From a virus (Duplodnaviria; Caudoviricetes), in the IMG/VR virus record IMGVR_UViG_3300033068_000427, positions 13,690-77,689 of that record: DNA of 64,000 nucleotides; one strand, given 5' to 3'. Shown one piece after another: positions 45,686 through 54,190 of this stretch. The notes beneath the pieces are model-generated. The model was not told the origin of the DNA, searched no databases, and saw only the letters and a list, made by a program, of their open reading frames with translations. Position 1 is the stretch's first letter; each line of letters opens with the position of its first letter. Both the position numbers and the translations under genes were made by a program.

Positions 45686-46144
45686 ATGAAAGACAACGGA
45701 CGTTTCTTTAAGAGTTACTACGACTTAATGAGTGCATCCGGTTTCGTAGGAAACAACGGAGAACTGGTAAAGCTCACACTAACTGAAAAGAATATATACT
45801 GCTTGATGCTGAGTAGGTATGAATACTTTGTGAAAGAGAAGGGTGGTGCATACTACGACACACAGGAAAGCATCGGGTGTGCGTTGGATATTGACAGAAG
45901 GACTGTCCTTCAGAAGTTGAAAGTGTTTATGAAGCACGGAGTCATCGTTGGCGAAAAGAAAAAGGTTGGCAACTACCTGAATTGGAGTTACACTGCTATA
46001 AACCCAATGAAGCTTTGGTGGGAAAATGGTCAACAAGGAAGTGTGGAAATGGCTACTGTCCATGAAGGTAAGTCTACGAGCAAACCGAAGGTGGTAGAAA
46101 GCAGCCCCTTAGAGTCGAATGTTCCTGAATGGGATTTGTACTAG
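45686..46144 (+). CDS. Winged-helix DNA-binding protein, replication-initiator-like
   Basis: LT.TEK.IY..ML...Y.TQESIG.ALDIDRRTV.QKLK.F.KHG.I...K; GAGG RBS. Confidence 0.65.
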   Translation: MKDNGRFFKSYYDLMSASGFVGNNGELVKLTLTEKNIYCLMLSRYEYFVKEKGGAYYDTQESIGCALDIDRRTVLQKLKVFMKHGVIVGEKKKVGNYLNWSYTAINPMKLWWENGQQGSVEMATVHEGKSTSKPKVVESSPLESNVPEWDLY

Positions 46145-46227
46145 AATCATCCTTTCTTTTTGTAGCGAATTTAAGACCCCTTATGATACGGGGCTTACAG
46201 CGATTTTTCTAACCAAACTTTGGTGAG

Positions 46228-46572
46228 GTGGGTTGTACTATGATTCTTTACGTTGTTGGTGGCTCTTGTTATGTTAAGACTAATGACATCTTCATCCTTG
46301 GTATTCAGGACGTTCGCAGATTTGGTATTGAAAAGTACATCTCTGGTTATCAGTTTAGTTGCGCCGTAATCACTGAGAAAGTTTCAGTAGATGACTTCTT
46401 GTGGGTGCTGTCAAGAGTTATGCTCAGCCCTCCGAAACACTTGGCATCTTTGAAAGTGTTATCAAAGGCAATCGTTGCTACAACAGATGGTATTGAGTTT
46501 GGTAAGTGCTTTCCTGTGAAGTATACAAGTGTCAATGAACTGAAGCACCACTTTAACGAGTATTGGTGTTGA
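46228..46572 (+). CDS. Hypothetical protein
   Basis: ORF in operon. Confidence 0.5.
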   Translation: MGCTMILYVVGGSCYVKTNDIFILGIQDVRRFGIEKYISGYQFSCAVITEKVSVDDFLWVLSRVMLSPPKHLASLKVLSKAIVATTDGIEFGKCFPVKYTSVNELKHHFNEYWC

Positions 46573-46642
46573 CTGGTCATCTCTACAACAGCGGGATTTC
46601 GTTCCTAATAATCAAATGGTGTAACATCTAAAGAGGTGAACA

Positions 46643-47113
46643 ATGATTCGTAAGTCTAAAGGTAAGTACGTTTGGAAGAAGAAAGCAATTTGGTGCAATG
46701 AGTGGAGCCTTTCTCCTGTCATTCATTCCTATCTCACCACGCTACTCAAAGCTGTGAAGGAAGATGAGAACATTGGTATCCCTATCTACTACTGCGAGAA
46801 GCAAGCTAAGATTGAAGGACTGGAGAGCTACGATTGGGATTCAAATATCAACCTTGAAGCGGCTCACCAGCTTCGTGTAAAAGACCTTGAAGAGATGGTG
46901 TGGGCGTTCAGTAAGGATAGTGAACCTGATAGCCGAAACTACGACTTCGCTTACAAAGACCTGTTTGGGGATTCTGACTCCCTCACACTCAATCTTGAAT
47001 GCACCAACGAAGATGAGCGTAACCGTTACTGGAAGGATTGTGAAGAATATCGAGAACGTAAGCAGAAAGCCCTTGCACTGTTTGCTGAAGTCTACTACAC
47101 TCTAGCTATCTGA
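46643..47113 (+). CDS. Hypothetical protein
   Basis: GAGG RBS; W..DLEEM.WAF pattern. Confidence 0.7.
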   Translation: MIRKSKGKYVWKKKAIWCNEWSLSPVIHSYLTTLLKAVKEDENIGIPIYYCEKQAKIEGLESYDWDSNINLEAAHQLRVKDLEEMVWAFSKDSEPDSRNYDFAYKDLFGDSDSLTLNLECTNEDERNRYWKDCEEYRERKQKALALFAEVYYTLAI

Positions 47114-47149
47114 TTAACACCAACCCGGAACACTGAATAGGAAACAGAA

Positions 47150-47350
47150 ATGAAGATTGAACGTAAAGAACCCGAGTTTCAGCCAATCACCATCACCATT
47201 GAAACACAAGACGAGCTTGACCAACTCAACGCAATGGTCAACTATTGTAACTTTCCAGATAATTCATTTACACAAAGCTTGTTTGAATTTACAGAGGAAT
47301 ATATTGTAAAGGCTTATGAGCCGGATGACGGGGCTGTTACCTTCTTGTAA
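47150..47350 (+). CDS. Hypothetical protein
   Basis: F.PITITIET.DEL motif, AGGA RBS. Confidence 0.7.
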   Translation: MKIERKEPEFQPITITIETQDELDQLNAMVNYCNFPDNSFTQSLFEFTEEYIVKAYEPDDGAVTFL

Positions 47351-47369
47351 TAACTAACAACACACAAAG

Positions 47370-47412
47370 AAGCCCGCTCACTTCCATCATAGAAGGGCGG
47401 GCTTTGTTCTTT
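47370..47412 (+). terminator. Terminator at the convergence of replication and late blocks
   Basis: AAGCCCGC...GCGGGCTT with T-rich tail. Confidence 0.65.
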
Positions 47413-47430
47413 CTTCATTTCGTATTCCTT

Positions 47431-47458
47431 AAAAATAGCCTCACGTCCTTATGAGGCT
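47431..47458 (-). terminator. Terminator for the - strand late operon
   Basis: AGCCTCA-8 nt-TGAGGCT then ATTTTT on - strand. Confidence 0.65.
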
Positions 47459-47504
47459 CCACTAATGTTGTTACCACTCCTATTATTGTTTTTATTCCAA
47501 TTGA

Positions 47505-47936
47505 TTACGGTGTGGTGGAAGTCTTTCCAACACTTCTTAGCTCAGACTTCATAACCTGCACTGTAGTTTCTAGCACAGCTTGCCTATCGCTTAGTGTACG
47601 AATGTCGTTCAGTGTCTCAACAGATACATAAGACAACACGGCAATCAAGAGGGACAGCACCAACCCAGCACCAAGTACAGTGCCCTGCATCTTGTGACTG
47701 TTGGTGATGATGGGGTCAATATCGTTGTGCTTCTTCTCTACTAATTCCTTAAGCTCTCTGAAGTCACCTCTGATAGCCCTTTGTTCTTGGTGCAGAGCCA
47801 CAAGCTGCTTTACAGATTCACTGATCTCTTTTAGCACAGATTCGTTACTACCAAGTCTGTAGTCCATAATGGCTAGCTTGTTTTCGATACCTGTTACCCT
47901 TCCAACCACACCCTCTTCGTAATGCTTTCCTTCCAC
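47505..47936 (-). CDS. Coiled-coil protein with one TM segment (lysis-cassette associated)
   Basis: GTVLGAGLVLSLLIAVLSYVSV TM; GGGAGG RBS. Confidence 0.7.
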   Translation of the reverse strand: MEGKHYEEGVVGRVTGIENKLAIMDYRLGSNESVLKEISESVKQLVALHQEQRAIRGDFRELKELVEKKHNDIDPIITNSHKMQGTVLGAGLVLSLLIAVLSYVSVETLNDIRTLSDRQAVLETTVQVMKSELRSVGKTSTTP

Positions 47937-47997
47937 TTCTTTCCCTCCCTAAAGGGTGTTGTTATTACTTGTGCTGCAGAGTCTATTCCACAAGTAA

Positions 47998-48267
47998 CTA
48001 CTGGACTTCTTTCTTGTACTGCCTATTCTTTTCTAGCAATCTCTCATACTGAGCAAGACAGTTGGTGTTGACGATGTACGACCGCACCAAATCCCTCACC
48101 GTCACTTCTGCACCAACTCCGATCTTACTACCCCTGCACGGATTGCTCAGCAGGTAGTCTGGAGTTGTTAGTGTCTCAGTCTTGTAGATCACTTGAGGCT
48201 TCTGAGAGCAACCCAGCAACAGCGGGATCAATAACAGAATCAAGGCTAACGTAACCACCATCTTCAT
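47998..48267 (-). CDS. o-spanin (Rz1-like lipoprotein)
   Basis: Lipobox LLLG-C after hydrophobic signal; overlaps 3' end of the i-spanin gene. Confidence 0.75.
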   Translation of the reverse strand: MKMVVTLALILLLIPLLLGCSQKPQVIYKTETLTTPDYLLSNPCRGSKIGVGAEVTVRDLVRSYIVNTNCLAQYERLLEKNRQYKKEVQ

Positions 48268-48616
48268 TTACTTTCTTCTCCTTCTTCTTAGCCCCTGATT
48301 CGTAAACAGATATGGCTGTTCTTGTTGGTATTTTGGAGATCAAATCGTTTTTCTTGTCTTCCAGATACCTTTGCTCGGTCTGCCACTCTTTGAGTTTTTC
48401 AGCCTCAATTTCCCTTAGTTTGTTGACCCTAAGTAGTGCGTCATTGAGAGATGCCACACTAGCTTCAAGCCTGCCCACTTCAGACAGGGCGACGGATAGC
48501 TCGGTAGATACGATTGAGGCCTTGTTGTTAAGGTAGACGTTACCTAGTAAAGATAATCCAAGAGATGAGAACAGAATTACCAAACCCACCTTCTTAATCG
48601 TTGTAATCCACACCAT
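48176..48616 (-). CDS. i-spanin (Rz-like)
   Basis: N-terminal TM followed by long coiled coil. Confidence 0.75.
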   Translation of the reverse strand: MVWITTIKKVGLVILFSSLGLSLLGNVYLNNKASIVSTELSVALSEVGRLEASVASLNDALLRVNKLREIEAEKLKEWQTEQRYLEDKKNDLISKIPTRTAISVYESGAKKKEKKVNEDGGYVSLDSVIDPAVAGLLSEASSDLQD

Positions 48617-49245
48617 TAGCTTATATCCTTGAACGGTTGAATCTCAAAGGTGAACCCCTTGAAGTATTTGTACTCCTGATCTAGAGGGTATGTGGTGGTG
48701 TTATCGGCCAGTTTAATCTTATTGCCCAACTGAACAACGATAGCTCTATTTGACATCCCCCAACGTCTCACCCAATAGATTGTGTAGTTGTTTCCACACC
48801 GCAACCATTGCCATCCGGTAGAATTGAAGTCGTCTCTGACGTAATCCACACCTGCAAGCTTTTCCACTTTGTGACTACGAACATCACAAGAAAGCACAAA
48901 CCTCTTGAAGTAGTTAAAGGGGTTGCGGTATGCCCCCCAAATAACTTGACCCAAGAAGGATGTGTTTTTGATACCAAAAGGAATGTCTCTGTTTGCCCAA
49001 CGGAACTGATCGTCTCCGAGGAATCCATCAATAGGGTTATCCCACCAAAGAAGCCACTTGGGTAATCTTCTCAACCACCACTCACTTCCATCTTTTGTAA
49101 TGTATGTGTAAGGCTTGGCTGAATCGTCTGCAAACAGAAGACCAATTGGCACCACCACCACACCTAGAACAATTCCGAGCAGTTGGGCAAGAAATTTGAT
49201 GGAGAATACAATCAGCATCTTACAAAAGTGATAGAGGTTATTCAT
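48616..49245 (-). CDS. Conserved membrane-associated phage protein (start reassigned to ATG 49245)
   Basis: TM, LPKWL.WWDNP.DG..GD, W..YRNP.N motifs. Confidence 0.7.
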   Translation of the reverse strand: MNNLYHFCKMLIVFSIKFLAQLLGIVLGVVVVPIGLLFADDSAKPYTYITKDGSEWWLRRLPKWLLWWDNPIDGFLGDDQFRWANRDIPFGIKNTSFLGQVIWGAYRNPFNYFKRFVLSCDVRSHKVEKLAGVDYVRDDFNSTGWQWLRCGNNYTIYWVRRWGMSNRAIVVQLGNKIKLADNTTTYPLDQEYKYFKGFTFEIQPFKDIS

Positions 49246-49462
49246 CTCTTGCATCCTCAACTTCTTGGTCAATGAATCTCCCAACAAGACCAAAAACACC
49301 AAGTACGAGACTAGATGTTAGGAGTACAGGGAATGCAATGTTTGAAGAAAGCACCCCCAGCACCATAAGTCCAGTTGCAGAGATTGCAATGAGAAGGTTC
49401 CCTAAAAGACCAATGAAACTATAGGTTTTTAGAATCTTTCTCCAATCTTTTTGCCATTTCAT
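49238..49462 (-). CDS. Putative holin (2 TM)
   Basis: DWRKILK..S, two hydrophobic helices, GR.I.Q; directly after endolysin. Confidence 0.7.
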   Translation of the reverse strand: MKWQKDWRKILKTYSFIGLLGNLLIAISATGLMVLGVLSSNIAFPVLLTSSLVLGVFGLVGRFIDQEVEDARDE

Positions 49463-50000
49463 TTTCCCACTCCTTTACGAATTCCTCGTAGGGTTTTTGT
49501 TTATCTTCACTCACTTCACCTAAGCAATAGGGCAAGGTGTTCTCCCTTCTCACGACAAGACCACGAAGCACTCTCCCACCTACCTTGTTCCAACGTAGTA
49601 GTTGAAGACAAGCTTCTTCGTGTCTACCTTGGTTCAGCAACTTAATCAACGTGCTGCTCTTGACATTACCGATTCCAACATTGAAGGTGAAATCTGTTAG
49701 TGCAGCTCTTTGCCATTCAGACGCATAAGCTACTTTTACAAGAGAGTCGAGTTGTTTTTGGTGTTTAACCCAATCTTTTGCGAATAGATTAAGACAAGCT
49801 TCGTCGCTGAACGATTGTCCAAGCTTTAGACTTCTATCCATATGCCCAACGCATACAGTAGGGAGGCCCGCTGGGTCGGAATAGACATTGTTCCTAAACC
49901 CCTCACTTGGAAGGGTGAGATCAAGAGCAACAAAAGAAGAGCTTGCAGATACAACGCCTGCTGCGATAAAAGCTGTTATAAGCTTAGACCTCATACTCAT
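49419..50000 (-). CDS. Endolysin, GH24 lysozyme with N-terminal SAR-like anchor
   Basis: EG.RNNVY.DPAGLPTVCVGH (E-8-D-5-T triad), FTFNVG, L.GLV.RR; Ala/Gly-rich hydrophobic N-terminus. Confidence 0.9.
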   Translation of the reverse strand: MSMRSKLITAFIAAGVVSASSSFVALDLTLPSEGFRNNVYSDPAGLPTVCVGHMDRSLKLGQSFSDEACLNLFAKDWVKHQKQLDSLVKVAYASEWQRAALTDFTFNVGIGNVKSSTLIKLLNQGRHEEACLQLLRWNKVGGRVLRGLVVRRENTLPYCLGEVSEDKQKPYEEFVKEWENEMAKRLEKDSKNL

Positions 50001-50064
50001 TTCATTTCCTTGTTTTATATAGCAGCCTCGGAAGTGTTCGAGGCTGCTTGGTGGCGAACAGAGT

Positions 50065-50466
50065 TTAAGATACCGTTACCGTTACCGGCCACGGATATTG
50101 TGCCTGAATTTCTGCATAACGAGTTGCACCAGCGGCTTTTGCCGCGTCTACTTCTTCGGCAGTTGCGCCCATCGCTTGCAGCCGTGCTGCCTCTGCAAAA
50201 TGCCGATCACTGCCGGTTAGAGGGTCGGCGTAAGCGCGCAGGCGCTGCGCCTCGATCTGCTCGCGGGTCGGAGGCGGGGGCGGCGGCGGGTCGATCAGAA
50301 TCGGCAGACCTTCCGCGTCATGACTACGAATTTTTCCGGGTGCAGGGTTGGCGATGACATCATCGTAACGGCTCTCGGTGATCGGCACGGCATCGTCCGG
50401 CATCTGATTCCCGTGTATCGCTGACAGGTAGGTGCTGCCTGTGATCTTACTGTAAAAACGCTGCAT
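50065..50466 (-). CDS. Tail fibre assembly/chaperone protein (start reassigned to ATG 50466)
   Basis: RFYS..TG.TY...IHG..MP.DAV.I...GK.R.HD..G.P.L.DP; AAGGAG RBS; follows fibre gene. Confidence 0.75.
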   Translation of the reverse strand: MQRFYSKITGSTYLSAIHGNQMPDDAVPITESRYDDVIANPAPGKIRSHDAEGLPILIDPPPPPPPTREQIEAQRLRAYADPLTGSDRHFAEAARLQAMGATAEEVDAAKAAGATRYAEIQAQYPWPVTVTVS

Positions 50467-50512
50467 CTGTGACTCCTTAATCGGTACTTTTAGGCTTTGA
50501 TCGCGCGGTTTC

Positions 50513-51739
50513 TTAATGACCAAACGCAACCCATGAAATCGCTTGCTGGCCCGCCACTTCCCACATCACGTTAAAGCGTGTAGGGGACACAGGGTTTACA
50601 GCGGTGCCAGGCGCGCCCGAGGTGTTCCTGTTTGCACCAATTACCGCTAGCGCAGCGTTAGGGAACGCCAGTGGGTATGACACTGCATATAGAGTGAGCG
50701 CAGCGGCGGTTAGGTTGCTGTAGCTGCCCCACTGAATAATTAGCCCGCCCAGCCATGTCGGGAAAACTATATAGCCATTAGCCGAAAGGCTAATCGAAAA
50801 CCCCCACCGCAGCTTCTTCGGCGTCACTGCAACATCATCCAGCGTCCCGGTATCGACCTCCGCCTGCGTTGCCAGCTCAACAGCACCTTTGTCCGTCTCT
50901 GTTGCATAAGGAAGTCCGTTAGTTACTTCGTTTCTGACGAAAGCTGTTGTAGCGACTTGAGTCGTATTTGTCCCAAATACTGCGGTTGGTGCAGTTGGTA
51001 CTCCTGTGAACTCAGGGGACTCTGTTGGCGCAGCACCAAGATTTGCGCGGGCAGTTGTGGTATCGCTAGCCCCGGTACCCCCGTAATCTACGCCAATAAC
51101 ACCGCCATTCCAAACTGAACCAGTGGTAAAAGTTTTGTTAGTGATAGCTTGTTCAGAGTCAACATCTACCCACAGTGATGCATCCTTTCCACCGAGGGCA
51201 CTTGCGCTACCTGTAAGGTTCGCCTTGAGGTTGTTTGTTGAGGGGTTGTACGTTGCCTGCTCCATGGTCGGGTTGATAAGTGTAGTGGCTCCGGCCCCAC
51301 TTCCAGTGGTAAACAGTAGTCGGTAATCTGTATTGTCGGTCGCTTCAAAAACAAATTGAGGGGATGAAGGGACTTCCACAATCATCCAATCCGCTCCATC
51401 CACCGGAATTGTCCCTGACGGTGCTGTTGATTTTTTCACATACCTGTACTGACCATATGAGACGCACTCTCCTACCGTATAGTTGATTGAGGGGTCGTAC
51501 TCACCCTTGAAGTTTACAATCGCGGCTGCAATGTCTTTACTGCCACTTGCAGACTGGGCGCTAAGATTGGCATCTGCGGCCTTTGCGTTAACGTGAGCAG
51601 CTACTGCCACAGTTTGTTCAAGTGCTGGGACAAACCTTGTCCGATGACCACCAGCTCCAAGACCCGTTGTTGGACTGCTGTCATCAGTGACAACAAGACC
51701 ATTGCCCCCCACTGAGGGCGAGAACACTACAGTTGTCAT
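50513..51739 (-). CDS. Tail fibre protein
   Basis: [12 protein letters not shown]...[25 protein letters not shown]...GGLIIQWG gp53-like tip. Confidence 0.88.
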   Translation of the reverse strand: MTTVVFSPSVGGNGLVVTDDSSPTTGLGAGGHRTRFVPALEQTVAVAAHVNAKAADANLSAQSASGSKDIAAAIVNFKGEYDPSINYTVGECVSYGQYRYVKKSTAPSGTIPVDGADWMIVEVPSSPQFVFEATDNTDYRLLFTTGSGAGATTLINPTMEQATYNPSTNNLKANLTGSASALGGKDASLWVDVDSEQAITNKTFTTGSVWNGGVIGVDYGGTGASDTTTARANLGAAPTESPEFTGVPTAPTAVFGTNTTQVATTAFVRNEVTNGLPYATETDKGAVELATQAEVDTGTLDDVAVTPKKLRWGFSISLSANGYIVFPTWLGGLIIQWGSYSNLTAAALTLYAVSYPLAFPNAALAVIGANRNTSGAPGTAVNPVSPTRFNVMWEVAGQQAISWVAFGH

Positions 51740-51751
51740 AAGACCAACTCC

Positions 51752-52642
51752 TTAAATACTTTCAATGATGTTTACAGGAACTTTGTGCCGCCTATCTACA
51801 TACGGCTCGCTAATGGCGTCCAACTCTGTCAGCCTCCCCAAGAATCTTCTCTCATATGACCACTCTTCAAAGTTTCTAACCGTGTAAGCAAATAGTATCT
51901 CACCATTTATCCCAAGTAATCGTTGTAAGGTAAACATTCTACCGAAGGCATCAGCGTTCGGTATTCTGTCTAGTTCAAATGAAACCGACCGTCTTACTTT
52001 TCTGACGTCGAAGTATTCTGTATCGCTTAGGGAAGTCTCTACTTCAGTGCTTGTATTGTGTTTGAATGCAAGACCAAGAGATGCGTTCCTCGTCGGTTGC
52101 CAAACATCCGAAAAGAATAGTCTACCAACCTCCACATAGCCATCTGGATTATTAACGTCATTTATCTCTACTACGATGTACTTTGCAATTGGTACAAAAT
52201 CAACCCCTAAAAAGAAGTGAGTAAAAAGTGGCGTGAAATCTTTCCTTTGTTCGTTAGTTAGTGTCCCGAACCAGAAGTTATCATATTCCCACTCTAGGTC
52301 ATTGGAGTCGAAGATGTACGCCCAACCAAGCTCTTCCCCGCTTTCGTAAAGGAGTGTTTCTTTTAGAGGGTTGTCGTAGACCTTTATCTTAACCGTTGCT
52401 TGCGCTGTCAGGTTGTGTCCAGCAAGGGCCAAACACAAAACGGGTTTAGGCTCGTCTAGGGTTATTGAAAATTGCGTGCTAGTTAGTTGGGTGTCGGTTG
52501 TTCTTGCCCTTCTCTGGATCACCCTGTTCTTTAGATTATTTAGAGGCAGAGTTGTTGCCCAGCTTCCGCCAGACAAGGTGCAGTCTGCCCTATCCGTGTA
52601 GTTTGGGTAACATAACGCCACCTTGTCTGGATCAAAAAGCAT
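51752..52642 (-). CDS. Tail tip/baseplate protein (distal tail-like)
   Basis: Position; ALAGHNL, GY.EVGRLF patterns typical of siphophage minor tail proteins. Confidence 0.65.
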   Translation of the reverse strand: MLFDPDKVALCYPNYTDRADCTLSGGSWATTLPLNNLKNRVIQRRARTTDTQLTSTQFSITLDEPKPVLCLALAGHNLTAQATVKIKVYDNPLKETLLYESGEELGWAYIFDSNDLEWEYDNFWFGTLTNEQRKDFTPLFTHFFLGVDFVPIAKYIVVEINDVNNPDGYVEVGRLFFSDVWQPTRNASLGLAFKHNTSTEVETSLSDTEYFDVRKVRRSVSFELDRIPNADAFGRMFTLQRLLGINGEILFAYTVRNFEEWSYERRFLGRLTELDAISEPYVDRRHKVPVNIIESI

Positions 52643-52662
52643 ATACGTCTCCTATTCTTTCT

Positions 52663-54147
52663 CTATCCAAAAAGGCTAAGTTCGATTCTTGAAAGCTTGG
52701 CGTTAAGTGTGTAGCCAAGTATTTTGAAATTCTTACCTGCAGAATATCCCAGCTTGTAAGAGTTAATTCTGACAGTGTTTCCGATAGCTAGAGCTGATAA
52801 CACCTCTTCATCTACCCTTACCACCACCGACACAGTATCCCTTCTAACGCCTAGAAGCTCTTGTATTCTTTGCGCTTGCTGATCGGCCTTTACAAAGTCC
52901 CTTAACCCCGTCTCTACAATAATTTCTTCTGACAACGGGTGCCTTTCTTTAACAGAAGGGTTTTCATAAACTGATTCCCTCCATTCATTCTTGACCCTTG
53001 ATCTTACTTCCTCATCCGCGCCGGGCGCTACATCAGTCTGAACAAGTTCAATTTTATCAGCCTTCAGCTTTACTTTATGGACAGGTAACCCATTAGAACC
53101 TGCTCCCGTGGACGACCTTGAAATGCTTACAATCTGGTAATCAAACAGCTCTACTTGAGGAGTGTTGGGAGGGGTGAGAAGACCGAATGTCACTTGTTTA
53201 TTAGTTTCTATATACCAATAAGCACCAACCCCTTGCGCCACAGTATTGAGCAATGAAGATGTTGTTTTCTCATCTTTTATAAAAAACCCAACATTTCCAG
53301 ATTCGTTATTCAGTAGTGTCTTACTTGTAGATGTTAATGTGCAACCTACTTCTAAAAGAAGCTTCTCAACAACATCCCCAGCAAGTGTTGCGCTCGCATC
53401 AACGTCTGCGGTAAGAACGCCGTTTGGAGGAACACCCAGCCTGAAATAGCCTCCTGATTTGCTATAAAATCCTGGTGGTGGTGTCGCAGAGAACAGTGCG
53501 GAGATATCTGGTTCGGTTGTGTGTAATGTTAGCAATACACCCCTGTCGTACACAGCGATCACATCAACATCTGCACCCTTAGAGTGGTCGTGGACTTGGT
53601 AGATACGATTAACAGTGTTCACCAATACAGGCTCCATATTCCTAACCTTTCCATACACAATCGGCTTAGGGTTTCCTCTAATGTCCGAGGCAAGTCCCTC
53701 AACTCCCATTGGAAGAAGGTTGTCGCCTTTGTATGTAGTGTAGGGGTGCGGATTGTCTAAAAGAGCCTGCTCATCCCTTAGCTGCACAGATATTGTTGAA
53801 TCTTCAAATCTAAGGTTCTGCACGCTACCAGACAGCACAAACTCGACGCTCCCGTTCTCCACTCTCAGAGAAAGGGTCATTGTCCTACCGTCCACGGCGT
53901 AGTCTGCTAAGTAATCAAGACCTCCGTCTGTGTTGACAAGTACAGCTTCACCATAGCCTGTCTGACTTCCTGTTTGGATAACACTCCCGAAGAATGCAGA
54001 ATTTGTGTAGAGGCAGGGTTGCTTGAGTCTCAGATCATAATAGTTTCCTGATGGGTCTGTATAATCTCCCGATGCAAACCTCAACACTACAGGGTTGTTT
54101 AATTCATCCAAAGCTTCTATTGTGAGAAGCCACATTCTCTCTTGCAT
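52663..54147 (-). CDS. Minor tail / baseplate hub-like protein
   Basis: G.PKP.VYG.V.N..PV motif; follows tape measure. Confidence 0.65.
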   Translation of the reverse strand: MQERMWLLTIEALDELNNPVVLRFASGDYTDPSGNYYDLRLKQPCLYTNSAFFGSVIQTGSQTGYGEAVLVNTDGGLDYLADYAVDGRTMTLSLRVENGSVEFVLSGSVQNLRFEDSTISVQLRDEQALLDNPHPYTTYKGDNLLPMGVEGLASDIRGNPKPIVYGKVRNMEPVLVNTVNRIYQVHDHSKGADVDVIAVYDRGVLLTLHTTEPDISALFSATPPPGFYSKSGGYFRLGVPPNGVLTADVDASATLAGDVVEKLLLEVGCTLTSTSKTLLNNESGNVGFFIKDEKTTSSLLNTVAQGVGAYWYIETNKQVTFGLLTPPNTPQVELFDYQIVSISRSSTGAGSNGLPVHKVKLKADKIELVQTDVAPGADEEVRSRVKNEWRESVYENPSVKERHPLSEEIIVETGLRDFVKADQQAQRIQELLGVRRDTVSVVVRVDEEVLSALAIGNTVRINSYKLGYSAGKNFKILGYTLNAKLSRIELSLFG

Positions 54148-54190
54148 AACTTCTCCTTAAAAGGAGGAGGCTCTGATGAGCCTCCTTACA

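Noticed and set aside
49419-50000. Met-Ser-Met at the endolysin start as a holin-style dual-start motif
   Set aside because: Dual-start regulation applies to holins; no charge difference or structure supports it here
49842-50357. 171-aa + strand ORF
   Set aside because: Arises from the high GC of the fibre-chaperone segment; overlaps endolysin and chaperone antisense
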